From: a virus
Taxonomy: Duplodnaviria > Caudoviricetes
DNA: 38,138 bases
Direction: 5' to 3' (one strand)
Virus record (IMG/VR): IMGVR_UViG_3300037458_001599
Coordinates: 1 to 38,138 of that record
The position numbers and the translations under genes are program-made. This document shows positions 21,861-31,702 of this stretch, one piece after another (within the stretch, counting starts at the first letter, position 1; every line of letters begins with the position of its first letter). The notes under the pieces were generated by a model. That model worked only from the letters and a program-made list of their open reading frames with translations, had not been told where the DNA came from and ran no database searches.

Positions 21861-24800
21861 CAGGCGTAGACGCCCGTGGCCAGGCTCCAGTCCACCTCCT
21901 CGAGCGACACGCGCAGCATCGTCATGCCGCCCGTGGCCGGCTCATCCGAGGCGTCCACGACGAGGCCGAGGAAGGGGTCCCAGCCGTAGCCCGCGGGGGA
22001 CTTTACCCAGACGAGCGCGCCGCCCTCGATGAGGCGGTCGACCGCGGCCGAGAGGTTGCCGTCCTCGGAGCGCAGGTAGGTGCCCGCGAGGTCGAGGCGC
22101 CGCCCGGCGCCGCCCCAGGCCAGATGCACGGCGCTGCCCCGCCCGGGCGGGCGGTACGTCTCGACCAGGACGCTGCGCGTGCGCGGCGCGCTCGCCATGT
22201 CGAGCGGGAAGACGTCCGAGCCGGTGCTCTCCACGAGCATCCACGCCCCCGCGCGGGCCGCGGACAGGGTGGCCGTCACATAGGCCGGCTCGCTCTCCTG
22301 GGCGCCGTTGTGGGCCGTGACCTTGTACTCGTTCAGCTCGTCGAGGCGGCCGCCGTAGTGGCGGATGGTGACGCGCTTCTCGCCCGTCTTCCCGTCGCCG
22401 AGGCGCTCGGGCCCGCCGTCGATGCGGCGCCAGGCGTCCTCGCTGTCGCGCCAGTAGACGCGGTAGTGGTCGAGGTAGCTGTCCCCGCTCGCGGTCCACG
22501 CGAGCCGCACCCACGATTCGCTGTCGTCCGTCGTGGCCACGAGGCCGGCGAGCTCCGTCGGCGTCGTGAACGTGGCGTGGAAGTGGCGCCGCGTCGTGAT
22601 GGCCGAGAGTCCCGCCGTGTCGAAGGGCTCGACCTCCCAGGCGTACGTCCCGCCGTGCTCGAGCAGGAGCGGCGGGATGACGTAGGAGAGCCCCGTGCCG
22701 TCCTGCTCCACCTCCCAGATGAGCGCGTCGTCGGTGCCCGTCCGGCGGTAGATGCGGATGACGGCGTGGTCCTGGGCGAGGGCCGAGCTGAACGTCCAGA
22801 CGAGCGTCTGGGTGGGATCGAGGACCGAGGCGTCGTCGGCCGGGGTGCTGGCGGCCACGACCGGCGGCGCCCGGTAGGTGAACGTCGACCACGCGGACCA
22901 GCCGCCCCAGTAGAAGACGTCCGCCGTGTCGGCCGAGGCGTGCGCGAAGGTGAACGCCTCGCTGACCGTCACGCCGGTCCCGCCGGAGCCTGCCGTGCCG
23001 ACGGTCGAGATCGTGCGCGTCTCGAGCTTCGCCGTCCCCGTCGTGCGCCCGAGGGTCAGCTCGTCGCCGGCCGCGAGGCCGCTGACCGAGGCGACCTTGA
23101 CGTTCGTGGCCCCGGCGATGCTGGCCGCGGCGAGGGTCGTGGACGCCTTCGCCGTGGCGTCGTCGCGGTAGCGCATCCGCAGGTCGTAGCTCTGGCCCGA
23201 GGCGAGGTCCCCGCCCGGGCTCGTCTTGGCGTCCTGGACCGTCCCGATGCGGAGGTCGCGGATGTCGAGGTCCCCCGTGTACGACCCTGACGGCACGAGG
23301 ACGATGCCGATCTCGTCGACGGCCGCGGGGTCGAACGTGCCGGTGTCGGTGACACGGTCCCAGATGTCGAGGACGAGCTCGGCCCAGGTCGACAGGGTGT
23401 CGCCGGGGGCGAACAGGGGCCACTCCCAGTAGTTCCCCGAGCCGGAGCGCAGCCGGAGGCGCCAGGCGGTGAGGTTCGTGGAGCTCGTGCAGCGGCGCCA
23501 GATGCGCAGCTTCGCGCCGGTCCCGTAGGGCGTGAGCCGGAGGGTCGGGGAGAGGGCGTAGTAGCCCTGGGCCGTGGCCGCGATGGCGGCCGCCACGATG
23601 GCCGTCGAATCGCCGCTGTAGCCGGTCGGGGGCGTGCCGTACGTGGAGACGGTGATGCCGCCCGTGCCTGCCCACCCGCTCGTCCCCGTGCAGCCCTGGA
23701 GCTGCCGGCCGATGGCCAGCCGCTGGGTAATGGTCCAGGGGCTCCGGGCGACGTCCTCGCGCCGCTCCACGAGCGCCCCGCCGCCGGCTACGGGCAGGAC
23801 CGGCCAGACGGCGCTCGCGGTCTCGCGGATCTCCAGCGCCCGCGCGACCGGCCACTCGTTGTAGGCCGTCTTGTCCACGTCGTCATAGGGGGCCCAGACG
23901 TTCGGGTCGGAGGTCTCGATGACGCCCGAGGCCGAAGGCGCCGGGATGATCTCGACGGTGGCGCCCGGGAGGGCGTTGATGCGGATGGCGTAGCGCGGCG
24001 ACCACTCGCCGTAGACGCCGGTGGAGGCGAGCTTGATCTGGGCCTCCCACTCGAGGGGCGTCTCGTCGTCGCCGTCGCCCCACGCGAGCAGACCGGCGGG
24101 CGGGGTGACCGCCTCGCTCGTCGACGAGGTGCAGGACGTCTCGCCCGAATCGTGGATCTCCTCGTCGCTGCGGTAGAGGCGCCAGCGGTAGCCGGTGAAG
24201 GCGGCGCTGTTCGCGATGGTCAGCGTCGGCGTCCGCGTGAGCAGCTTCGTCGACGTGTCGATGGGGGTCATCGCGTCGGGGCCCGAGGCGGCGTGGACCG
24301 TCGTGTACAGCCAGCCCGACCAGGTGCCCCACTGGCCGTCGCGGTTCGCGTGGCGGTGGCGCCAGCGGACGCGCTGGCCGTCGGTGAGCGAGGCGCCCTG
24401 CCAGGTGACATCGCTGCGCGTCGAGGTGCCGCCGATGCCGATCTGGCCGGGCGTCCACAGGGCCGTCGCGCCGGAGCGCGTGTCAGCGTAGAACTCGCCC
24501 TCCCAGCCGGTGATGTAGTCGTCGGGGTCGTAGCTCGCGAGCGAGCCGAAGATGTGGGGCCCGTCGACCGAGGGCTCCATGTACGACTGGCGCGGTGCCG
24601 ACGCGAGGTAGCTGAGCCAGAAGCGGCCATCCGCGAGCGGGGACCAGGGGCCCCACGAGTAGTCGCTGTCCTGCGTCCGCAGCCGGTAGCGCATGGCCGT
24701 GCGCGCGGTCATCTCCTGGCCGCTCTCGGCGTAGTCGTCGGGGATGATGACGCGGTAGGCGTTCAGGCCGGAGAGGGCCGTCGGGGCGACGGTGCGGTGC

Positions 24801-25621
24801 GCGATGCGCGTCCCCGGCGCGCCGTCGGTGGCGCCATCGCCGTAGACCTCGAGGTCGGCGAGGAGGCAGGTGTTGGAGGCGTCCGGGTCGCTGAACAGGA
24901 AGTCGACGCTGAGCCGGTCCGCCTGCGAGGAGGATGAGTAGGCCGGGTCCCCGCCCGCCTCGGGGCTCGTGATGGTCGGCGCGAGGGGCGGCTTGTTGCG
25001 GATGTAGGTCAGCTCGATGTACGGCCGCCGGGCCGCGGCCGAGCGCATCCCGTGGATCTCGTAGCGGTCGTCGGTCGTGGATTCGGTGGGGGCCTTCAGG
25101 CGGAGGCCGCGGTTGTCCTCCCCGTCGCCGGCGGTGACGCCGTCGGACTTCATGACCGTGTCGGGCGCCCAGGCTTCGAGGATGCCGGTGATGTCGAGCC
25201 GGCGGACGGTCTCGGTCGCGCCGGCCAGCGGTCCCTTCGTGTAGGTCGTGCCCGCGACGGCCGGCCCGGGGTACGCCTTGCCCGAGGCGAGGACCGGCCA
25301 GCTTCCCTCGGAGCCGCCACCGGAGCCCCAGTCCTCGGTGCAGCGCTGGACCTCGTAGGTGGGGCCCGCCCCGAAGGCGACGTGGACCTCGTCGGTGGAC
25401 TTCACGACGAGGACGCCCGTGACGACCTGGTTGACGTCTGACCAGTCGAGGCCGAACTTCAGGAGGGCCCGGTAGATGTCATCGTTCGCGGCGCGGCCGA
25501 TGGGCAGGTGGCGGTCGTTTCCGTTGCCGGTGTAGCGGTCGTCGCCGGTCTCGCTGGCGTCGTACCGGACGGACTGCTCCTTGACGGCGCGGAGGACACG
25601 GGTGAAGGTCGGGGTCGCCAT
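21848..25621 (-). CDS. large minor tail protein with FN3/Ig-like and carbohydrate-binding-like domains (1257 aa)
   Basis: Follows tape measure; repeated Y/W-R-x-R..WG.WS FN3-like patterns; start reassigned to MATPTF. Confidence 0.75.
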   Translation of the reverse strand: MATPTFTRVLRAVKEQSVRYDASETGDDRYTGNGNDRHLPIGRAANDDIYRALLKFGLDWSDVNQVVTGVLVVKSTDEVHVAFGAGPTYEVQRCTEDWGSGGGSEGSWPVLASGKAYPGPAVAGTTYTKGPLAGATETVRRLDITGILEAWAPDTVMKSDGVTAGDGEDNRGLRLKAPTESTTDDRYEIHGMRSAAARRPYIELTYIRNKPPLAPTITSPEAGGDPAYSSSSQADRLSVDFLFSDPDASNTCLLADLEVYGDGATDGAPGTRIAHRTVAPTALSGLNAYRVIIPDDYAESGQEMTARTAMRYRLRTQDSDYSWGPWSPLADGRFWLSYLASAPRQSYMEPSVDGPHIFGSLASYDPDDYITGWEGEFYADTRSGATALWTPGQIGIGGTSTRSDVTWQGASLTDGQRVRWRHRHANRDGQWGTWSGWLYTTVHAASGPDAMTPIDTSTKLLTRTPTLTIANSAAFTGYRWRLYRSDEEIHDSGETSCTSSTSEAVTPPAGLLAWGDGDDETPLEWEAQIKLASTGVYGEWSPRYAIRINALPGATVEIIPAPSASGVIETSDPNVWAPYDDVDKTAYNEWPVARALEIRETASAVWPVLPVAGGGALVERREDVARSPWTITQRLAIGRQLQGCTGTSGWAGTGGITVSTYGTPPTGYSGDSTAIVAAAIAATAQGYYALSPTLRLTPYGTGAKLRIWRRCTSSTNLTAWRLRLRSGSGNYWEWPLFAPGDTLSTWAELVLDIWDRVTDTGTFDPAAVDEIGIVLVPSGSYTGDLDIRDLRIGTVQDAKTSPGGDLASGQSYDLRMRYRDDATAKASTTLAAASIAGATNVKVASVSGLAAGDELTLGRTTGTAKLETRTISTVGTAGSGGTGVTVSEAFTFAHASADTADVFYWGGWSAWSTFTYRAPPVVAASTPADDASVLDPTQTLVWTFSSALAQDHAVIRIYRRTGTDDALIWEVEQDGTGLSYVIPPLLLEHGGTYAWEVEPFDTAGLSAITTRRHFHATFTTPTELAGLVATTDDSESWVRLAWTASGDSYLDHYRVYWRDSEDAWRRIDGGPERLGDGKTGEKRVTIRHYGGRLDELNEYKVTAHNGAQESEPAYVTATLSAARAGAWMLVESTGSDVFPLDMASAPRTRSVLVETYRPPGRGSAVHLAWGGAGRRLDLAGTYLRSEDGNLSAAVDRLIEGGALVWVKSPAGYGWDPFLGLVVDASDEPATGGMTMLRVSLEEVDWSLATGVYAWWLD

Positions 25622-27576
25622 CAGCCTGTCCACCTGTAGCGGCGAGTCGAGGTGGTCGCGGCATCCCGGAGCATGCGGGCCACCTCGCCCGCGTCATAGC
25701 CCGCCTGTCGGAGCGCCATGGCCCCCTCCATCGTGACGGTGTGTCGCACCTCGACGACCGTCGGCCCGCTGGCCACGGCGTGCTCAGGGATGATGTGGCC
25801 GCTCGTCTCGGGCACGAACAGCTCACGTCGCCCGGACTCGCCGACCCAGTAGGGCATGTGAGCCGCGACGGGACCGCCGGCGGCACGCCCGGGTGCCGCG
25901 CCGACGCGCCGCCGGCCGTAGACGTCCACGTTGACGCTGACGTCGTAGTCCAGGTCGTCCAGCCGGTCCAGCTCGACCTGGATGGCATCGACGAGGGCAG
26001 CGGCTCGCTTGGCAGCTTCGACGTTGCCGGTCTCGAGGGCTCTCTCGAGCTTGCGCTGGGCGGCCTCCTGCTTGTCCTTCAGGAAGTCGACGTACTTCTG
26101 CCCGGCGAAGGGGTGCTCCATGGACCAGCGCAGGTCCGTCATCGCCTCCTGGACGGTCTTCCTGCCGCTCCGGATGGTGTCCTTCATGCTGTCGGGCAGC
26201 CCCGCCAGGCCGCTGATGACCTCGCGACTCGCGGTCCTGATCGCGACGGGGAGCGTGTCGAACTCGTCGCCCGCCTCGTCGACGGCCCCCCCGAGAGAGC
26301 CGAGCGCCTTCTCGGCCTTCTCGCTGTTCTCGGTCGCGACGATGAGTGCCTTCGCCGTCGTGACCACGGACGTCGCGTAGGCGTCCTCCTCGATGTCGGC
26401 CTCCTCGGTCGCTCTCGTCGTGTCGACGCGCGAGACGGCCAGGTCGGCCTGCTGCTTCGCCGCGTCGCGCATGCTGTCCGCGACCTCGGCCTCCTGCGTG
26501 GCGAGGAACGCCTCGGCGTCCGCCATCGTGCCGGTGCCCGTGATGAGCAGGAGCTGGGTGGTGTAGTAGTCGTCGTACGTCTTCTGGGTCGCGGTCGCGA
26601 TGTCGGCCGCGAGACGCTGCTCCTCGTTCAGCCTGTGCTGCGCGTCGAGCATCTCGAGCGCGGTGACGACGTTGCCACCCTGCTCCGCGACGGCCTCGGC
26701 GACCGCGGCGCGGAAGCGCTTGTAGTCGGCGGCCGCCGGGTCGAGGATGTCGCCGACGGAGCCCATCAGACTGCCCAGTTGCCCGATCCAGCCGACCGCG
26801 GCGGGGAGCGTGTCGGCTACCCACGTCGCCATCTCGGCCACGATGGGGGTGAGGACCGTGCCGAGGTCCTCCATCGCGTTGTTGAGCGCCTGCTGCGCGC
26901 GGACCTGCTTGCCCTCGACCGTGTCCGCGTACGCCCTGGCCTGCCCGCGGGCGAGCTGCTGAATCTTCGTCAGCGCCTCCTGCGAGGTCTTGACGTTCCC
27001 CAGGCTGATACCGAAGCGCTTGAGCGCCGTGAGGTTGCCCTGGTAGACCTTGCCGATGAGCGTCGTCGTCTCCACGAGCGCGGTGCCACGGAGGCGCGAC
27101 AGGTCCATCGCGATGGCCTGCAGCTCCTGCGCCTCGGTGACGTCCTTCGTGGCGGCCACGAGCAGGGCCATGGACTGACGCTGCTCGTCGTCGTTGAAGG
27201 CGAGCCGCTCACGGGCGGTGATGACCTCCTCGATGGCGTCGCGGTTGCCGTCCCAGCCCTCGACGTTCGCTTCCAGCGAGGCGGTGAGCTGCGCGATGCC
27301 GACCTGCTCCTCGGCCGCCGCGCGGACGGCATCGCCCATGATGTCGGCCACGCCCTTGATCGCGCCCGTGACCGCGCCGAAGATGGCGAGTCCCGCCGCG
27401 AGGCCGAAGCCGCTCTTGACGAACGAGGCGAAGTCTCCCGTCGTCATGGCCGTCCTGAAGCGGCTGCCGAAGGTGCCCGCTCCGGCGGCCCCCGCCTGCT
27501 CGCCGGCCTTCTTGGCGTCGATGATGAGCTGGCGGCTCTCGCCCCTGAACTCGTAGAAGATGTCCCCGATCTTCAC
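25621..27576 (-). CDS. tail tape measure protein (651 aa)
   Basis: Ala-rich helical; KIGDIFYEF N-terminus; RAAGGPV..YWVGESG.ELFVP C-terminal motif. Confidence 0.9.
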   Translation of the reverse strand: MKIGDIFYEFRGESRQLIIDAKKAGEQAGAAGAGTFGSRFRTAMTTGDFASFVKSGFGLAAGLAIFGAVTGAIKGVADIMGDAVRAAAEEQVGIAQLTASLEANVEGWDGNRDAIEEVITARERLAFNDDEQRQSMALLVAATKDVTEAQELQAIAMDLSRLRGTALVETTTLIGKVYQGNLTALKRFGISLGNVKTSQEALTKIQQLARGQARAYADTVEGKQVRAQQALNNAMEDLGTVLTPIVAEMATWVADTLPAAVGWIGQLGSLMGSVGDILDPAAADYKRFRAAVAEAVAEQGGNVVTALEMLDAQHRLNEEQRLAADIATATQKTYDDYYTTQLLLITGTGTMADAEAFLATQEAEVADSMRDAAKQQADLAVSRVDTTRATEEADIEEDAYATSVVTTAKALIVATENSEKAEKALGSLGGAVDEAGDEFDTLPVAIRTASREVISGLAGLPDSMKDTIRSGRKTVQEAMTDLRWSMEHPFAGQKYVDFLKDKQEAAQRKLERALETGNVEAAKRAAALVDAIQVELDRLDDLDYDVSVNVDVYGRRRVGAAPGRAAGGPVAAHMPYWVGESGRRELFVPETSGHIIPEHAVASGPTVVEVRHTVTMEGAMALRQAGYDAGEVARMLRDAATTSTRRYRWTG

Positions 27577-28034
27577 GGCGTCGCCTTCATGCGATAGCGC
27601 AGGTTCTTGCGGGCCATCGACTGGAGCTTGCCCGCGAGTGCCACGCGGACGGCGTTCACGACGATGGACTCGTCACCGACGACGGACATGACCGCCGGCG
27701 TGAGGAACGGGCGGGGCGGCTGGCGGACCGTGCCCATCTCCTGGAAACGGCCTGGGAAGGAGAAGCCCACGCCCACGACGACGCCCTGGCCCATGACCCG
27801 CATGTCCTCGGGCTTCTTGTCGGCGTCGCCTCCGACGCGCTTGCCGCCCACGTAGCTGATGAAGCCGCCGCGGTCCACGAGTCCCTCGCCGAAGGGTGTG
27901 GCGTCGGGCGGCCGGACGCGCTCGAGGACCGCCAGGGCGTTGCCCTCGAGCCCGGCGGCCATGGCCAGGTCCAGCTCGTGCAGCCGCTCGCGTGCGAGCA
28001 CGACCCGGGCCCTGGCGCGTGCCGTCTGCACCAT
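27573..28034 (-). CDS. HK97 gp10-like tail completion/neck protein (153 aa)
   Basis: FQEMGTVRQPPRPFLTPA motif; start reassigned to MVQTAR. Confidence 0.7.
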   Translation of the reverse strand: MVQTARARARVVLARERLHELDLAMAAGLEGNALAVLERVRPPDATPFGEGLVDRGGFISYVGGKRVGGDADKKPEDMRVMGQGVVVGVGFSFPGRFQEMGTVRQPPRPFLTPAVMSVVGDESIVVNAVRVALAGKLQSMARKNLRYRMKATP

Positions 28035-28035
28035 G

Positions 28036-28464
28036 TCAGTGCATCGGCCCGTCGGGGCTCGAGCCCACGACGACGGACTGCCCGAGGTCACGGGCGAGGT
28101 CACGGGCCCAGTCCCCGCGCGACCTGCGGACCGGCCCCTGCCGCCGGGCGCGCTCGCGCTGCTCGGCATAGCCCTTCTGCGTGGCCGAGAGGTAGCCGTG
28201 GGCGACGGCCATCTCCATGGCGGTCATGCGCTCCTCCGACTCGCGGCGCTGACGCTCGTGGGAGTAGGTCCAGCGGATGAGGAGCTGCTCGCGGCTCCAC
28301 TCGCGGCGGAGCCGTCGATGGTCGAGCCCGAACGAGCGGAGCGCCCATTCATCGATATCGCCAGCTGTGACGCGACGGCCACGCGCTCGATCCCGAACGC
28401 CAGCGTCTGCGAAGGTGCTCCAAAGCCCGTGGCCACCGAACGGGCCACGTCCGTCCCGAAAGGG
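28036..28464 (-). CDS. tail assembly chaperone, frameshifted (GT-like) extension
   Basis: The -1 frame is open from the slippery heptamer CCCTTTC (28458-28464) to the stop at 28036; DEWALRSFGL..WSREQL. Confidence 0.65.
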   Translation of the reverse strand, partial: PFRDGRGPFGGHGLWSTFADAGVRDRARGRRVTAGDIDEWALRSFGLDHRRLRREWSREQLLIRWTYSHERQRRESEERMTAMEMAVAHGYLSATQKGYAEQRERARRQGPVRRSRGDWARDLARDLGQSVVVGSSPDGPMH

Positions 28465-28793
28465 TCCTCTGCGGTCACCATCGCGTCCATGGCCGCCTTC
28501 AGCTCGCGCTTCGTCATGCGGGCCCGGATGACGTCGAGGCCGCCCAGCACCCCGTCGCGGTCGTACTCGGCGACGAGCCCGGCGACGGCCGTCGCGGACG
28601 TCGTCAGGAGGGCGGCGATGTCTCCCAGCCAGGACACCTCGTCGGGGATCTCGATGGCCGACATGGCCGCGGCCACCTTGCCCAGCCACTCGTCGCTCTC
28701 GTCGAGCGTGAGCGTGCGCAGCTCGTAGGGCTGGCCGCCCATCGTGAGGGAGAGGAGCCCGCGCAGGGCGAGCTCCTCCGTCCGTTCCGTCAC
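28224..28793 (-). CDS. tail assembly chaperone (G-like, 189 aa)
   Basis: Directly after major tail protein; GTG start 2 nt after its stop; C-terminal part of track ORF 28224..29501. Confidence 0.75.
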   Translation of the reverse strand: MTERTEELALRGLLSLTMGGQPYELRTLTLDESDEWLGKVAAAMSAIEIPDEVSWLGDIAALLTTSATAVAGLVAEYDRDGVLGGLDVIRARMTKRELKAAMDAMVTAEDPFGTDVARSVATGFGAPSQTLAFGIERVAVASQLAISMNGRSARSGSTIDGSAASGAASSSSSAGPTPTSVSAASRRSA

Positions 28794-28795
28794 GG

Positions 28796-29581
28796 CTAGG
28801 CCGCCGGGACGTACAGGGTGAACGGGCTGATGGTCAGGTCGGAGCCTAGGTAGCGGGCCCCGATGGTGACGCGGACGCCGGTCACGGCGTCGTCGGCCAC
28901 GGTCATCTCGAGCGACTCGGTCTGGCTGATGCCGCGCGGGATGCGCAGCTCGTGGTAGCCGTTGCCGGACTCGGACACGAGCGACCACTCCTTGTAGGCG
29001 CTGTCGGGCTGGCGCGCGAGGACCGGCGCCGTGATGCTGTCGCGCTTGTCGCCCGTCGTCTCGACCACGGCCACGCCGCCGGCGTGGGCGTAGAGGAGCG
29101 GGTCGCGGAAGCTGATATTGAGCGCGTTGATGGCCGTGATCTGGCGGTACTCGAGCAGTGTCGTGGCGTCGATGCGGAAGTAGTCGCCCACGGCGAAGTT
29201 CGTGACCGCCGTGCAGGGCACCGTCGTCACGCCCGCGGCGATGGCCGCCGTGGTCGTGGTCGAGCCCGGCGTGCCGCCGGCGTCGGCGTGGACCTCGGCC
29301 GTGAACTGCGCCCCGGGCAGGGCGAGGGCGAGGCTCGCGCCGGCCACCTCGCCGAGGGTGAACTCGATCTCGGCCTCGACGCGGCGCAGGACGTCGAGGC
29401 CCATGACGGGGCCCTTGACACCTGAGAGGTTGTCGGGCCGGAACCACTCGGTCGTGACGCGCATGACCGCGTCGTCGAGGGTCGCCCCGGCGCTCGTCCA
29501 CGCCGTGCTGACGCCGACCTCCCGATAGTAGACGAGGGCCGGGCCGATGATGTACGCCTTCGGAGTGACGACGAGTGGCAT
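28796..29581 (-). CDS. major tail tube protein with inserted beta module (261 aa)
   Basis: Position after terminator; IIGPALVY..GATLDD..EIEFTLGE..LALALPG pattern; AGGAGG RBS. Confidence 0.75.
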   Translation of the reverse strand: MPLVVTPKAYIIGPALVYYREVGVSTAWTSAGATLDDAVMRVTTEWFRPDNLSGVKGPVMGLDVLRRVEAEIEFTLGEVAGASLALALPGAQFTAEVHADAGGTPGSTTTTAAIAAGVTTVPCTAVTNFAVGDYFRIDATTLLEYRQITAINALNISFRDPLLYAHAGGVAVVETTGDKRDSITAPVLARQPDSAYKEWSLVSESGNGYHELRIPRGISQTESLEMTVADDAVTGVRVTIGARYLGSDLTISPFTLYVPAA

Positions 29582-29664
29582 GGATGCCTCCTGTTCGTGT
29601 GCTGGCCGGCGTGCCGGCCGTCGACTGGTGCGCTACCGCGTGGACGGTGCGTCAGGAAGGATCG

Positions 29665-30087
29665 CTAGGCGACCGCCCCCGCCGCGAAGTAGCCGTCGAT
29701 GCGGACGTCGTAATACGGCCAGTGGGTGTCCGGGTCGCGCACGAGGCCGTCCAGGTCGGCGGCGTAGGAACGGAGCATCCAGCGGCTCGACGAGCCCCGC
29801 GTGGCGCCGTGACCGTGCAGCGCGTCGCTGACCGCACCAGCCAGGGCCCGCGCGTTGATGGCGCCCGTGGGACTGTCGGCGCCGTAGCAGCGCGCGAAGC
29901 CCATCCAGAGCTGCAGCCCCAGGTTGCCGCTCCGCGAGCCGAACGGCCGCCGCGTCGTGGCCAGGTCACCGATGACGACGCAGGGAAGCGTGTCGGCCGG
30001 CTCGGCACCGATGCGCGTGCTGGCGATGGCCGCCACGCCCGCGTCGGCCCGGAGGATGGCAAGGATGACACCGAAGGGGTCAGTCAT
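29665..30087 (-). CDS. tail terminator-like protein (140 aa)
   Basis: LRADAGVAAIASTRI..LPCVVI..ARCYG..LAGAVSDALHG; position. Confidence 0.7.
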   Translation of the reverse strand: MTDPFGVILAILRADAGVAAIASTRIGAEPADTLPCVVIGDLATTRRPFGSRSGNLGLQLWMGFARCYGADSPTGAINARALAGAVSDALHGHGATRGSSSRWMLRSYAADLDGLVRDPDTHWPYYDVRIDGYFAAGAVA

Positions 30088-30277
30088 CGTCCGCCTTCAC
30101 GGGCGGGCGGGGGCGCCGGGCCGGGACCTCGGAAGCCGGCACGATCCCGGGGAGCGAGAGGACGTGCGGCAGGTGCTGGTCGCCGGTGACCTCGAGCGAG
30201 GCGCCGGGCTCGAGGTGGTGCTTGCCGGCGTCGTCGCGGAAGGCGACGGTCTCGGGGCCGATGTTCGTGACACGCAT
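30080..30277 (-). CDS. hypothetical protein (65 aa)
   Basis: GGAGG RBS, TGATG coupling; C-terminal part of track ORF 30080..30706. Confidence 0.6.
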   Translation of the reverse strand: MRVTNIGPETVAFRDDAGKHHLEPGASLEVTGDQHLPHVLSLPGIVPASEVPARRPRPPVKADDD

Positions 30278-30594
30278 CAGGAGACCTCCACGAGGTGGGC
30301 GTCGACGCGGTAGTGGTGGCCGATGCCGGCCTCGTCGTGGATGCCGTCGACCTGGTAGGTCGCGCCGCCGTAGACGAGGCGGTCGGACTCGGTGACGTCG
30401 GTCGGCCAGAGGTAGACGGAGTGGGTCGAGACGACGGGCCCTGCCTGGCTGAGCTGGGCCACCTCGCGGACCGACTTCGGCTGCACCCAGGCGTCCACCG
30501 TGGCGAGCGTCGCCCACGTCTGGGCCGGCACGCCGCGGTCGTCGATGCTGCCCTCGGTGGCCCGCTCGATGGTGACGACGTGCGGCAGGTTCAC
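30277..30594 (-). CDS. head closure / head-tail adaptor (SPP1 gp16-like, 105 aa)
   Basis: VTIER..DDRG..W..ATVDAWVQP..DRLVYGGATYQV pattern. Confidence 0.8.
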   Translation of the reverse strand: MNLPHVVTIERATEGSIDDRGVPAQTWATLATVDAWVQPKSVREVAQLSQAGPVVSTHSVYLWPTDVTESDRLVYGGATYQVDGIHDEAGIGHHYRVDAHLVEVS

Positions 30595-31097
30595 CGCACC
30601 ATCGCTCCCTGGAAGCGGGCCACGATGGCGGCCCGTGCGCTCGCAGCGTCGGCCTTCGTGGCGTAGCCGACCGAGTAGTCCCCGATGCGCTCCGAGACGA
30701 CGCCACCGGCCACCGAGAGGTCGATGCGCACGAGCTCCGCCTGGGCGCGCTTGCGCTCGGCCTCGTCGTCGGTCGGGGTATGGACGACCTCCACCTCGCC
30801 GAGCCAGGCGGTGGAGGGATGCGTGCCGGTGGACAGGCGGTGGAGGATGTAGCCGTCGGCGCGGTAGTCGGTCGCGTCGAGGGTGGTGGGGCTGGCCGTC
30901 TCGACCATCTCCCGTACCGAAGTGACCGTGCCGACGCGACGGTCGAGCACGAGCGCCTCGTAGCCGCCGTCGTGCCGCTCGGTGACTGCGTCGAGCGAGC
31001 CGAGGTCCGCCTCGGCCGCGTCGAGCAGGGTGAGGAGCGCGTCGTCCGACAGGCTCGTCGTGACGAAGGTGCGCAGCTCGTCGACGGTGAGCAGCAT
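30591..31097 (-). CDS. head-tail connector (gp6/gp15-like, 168 aa)
   Basis: LLTVDELRTF..DDALLTLLDAAE..SERIGDYSVGY. Confidence 0.75.
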   Translation of the reverse strand: MLLTVDELRTFVTTSLSDDALLTLLDAAEADLGSLDAVTERHDGGYEALVLDRRVGTVTSVREMVETASPTTLDATDYRADGYILHRLSTGTHPSTAWLGEVEVVHTPTDDEAERKRAQAELVRIDLSVAGGVVSERIGDYSVGYATKADAASARAAIVARFQGAMVR

Positions 31098-31702
31098 CAG
31101 ACCATCGCGTAGGTGGTGGGCAGGCTGGTGGTGTGGATGACGGTGATGTCGTTCGTCGACGTCGTCGTCACCTTGAGGTAGCCCTCGATGGTGGCGTCGT
31201 ACTGGTAGAGCAGGCCCGCCGCGGCCGAGGCCGGGATGGTGGCGAGGGTGCCCCGGCCGGTCGCGACGACGATGGTCGCGGCGACGCTGTTGTTGAGGAC
31301 GACGGCGTGGAGCTGCCCGGAGCCGGCCACGAGGTAGGCGCCCGCGGCGTTGCCGATGACGAGGGTGTCGTTGCCGCCCGCGATGACCCAGCCGGCGCCC
31401 GTGGCGCTGGTGACGGTGCGGAAGATCTTCGTGCCCGTGACGGTCGAATCAGCGACAGGGGTAAGGGTCTCGGTCTGCGCCTGGCCGGCCATGTCGGTGC
31501 CGACGATGACGACGGTGCCGAGCGTGTCGGTGCCGACCGCGACGGTCGAGTGCGTGAGCGTGACGAGAAAGCCACCGGCCCACGTCGCCACGCCGGAGTT
31601 CGCGATGGTGTACGCGCCGACCTTCATGTTCGTGCTGGTCACGAAGCGGTTCGTGACCGCAGCGGTGGCCGCGCTGATGTTGGAGAAGATGTTGGCAGCC
31701 AT
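31097..31702 (-). CDS. putative virion structural/decoration protein (201 aa)
   Basis: Thr/Ala/Gly-rich beta protein between capsid and connector genes. Confidence 0.55.
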   Translation of the reverse strand: MAANIFSNISAATAAVTNRFVTSTNMKVGAYTIANSGVATWAGGFLVTLTHSTVAVGTDTLGTVVIVGTDMAGQAQTETLTPVADSTVTGTKIFRTVTSATGAGWVIAGGNDTLVIGNAAGAYLVAGSGQLHAVVLNNSVAATIVVATGRGTLATIPASAAAGLLYQYDATIEGYLKVTTTSTNDITVIHTTSLPTTYAMV

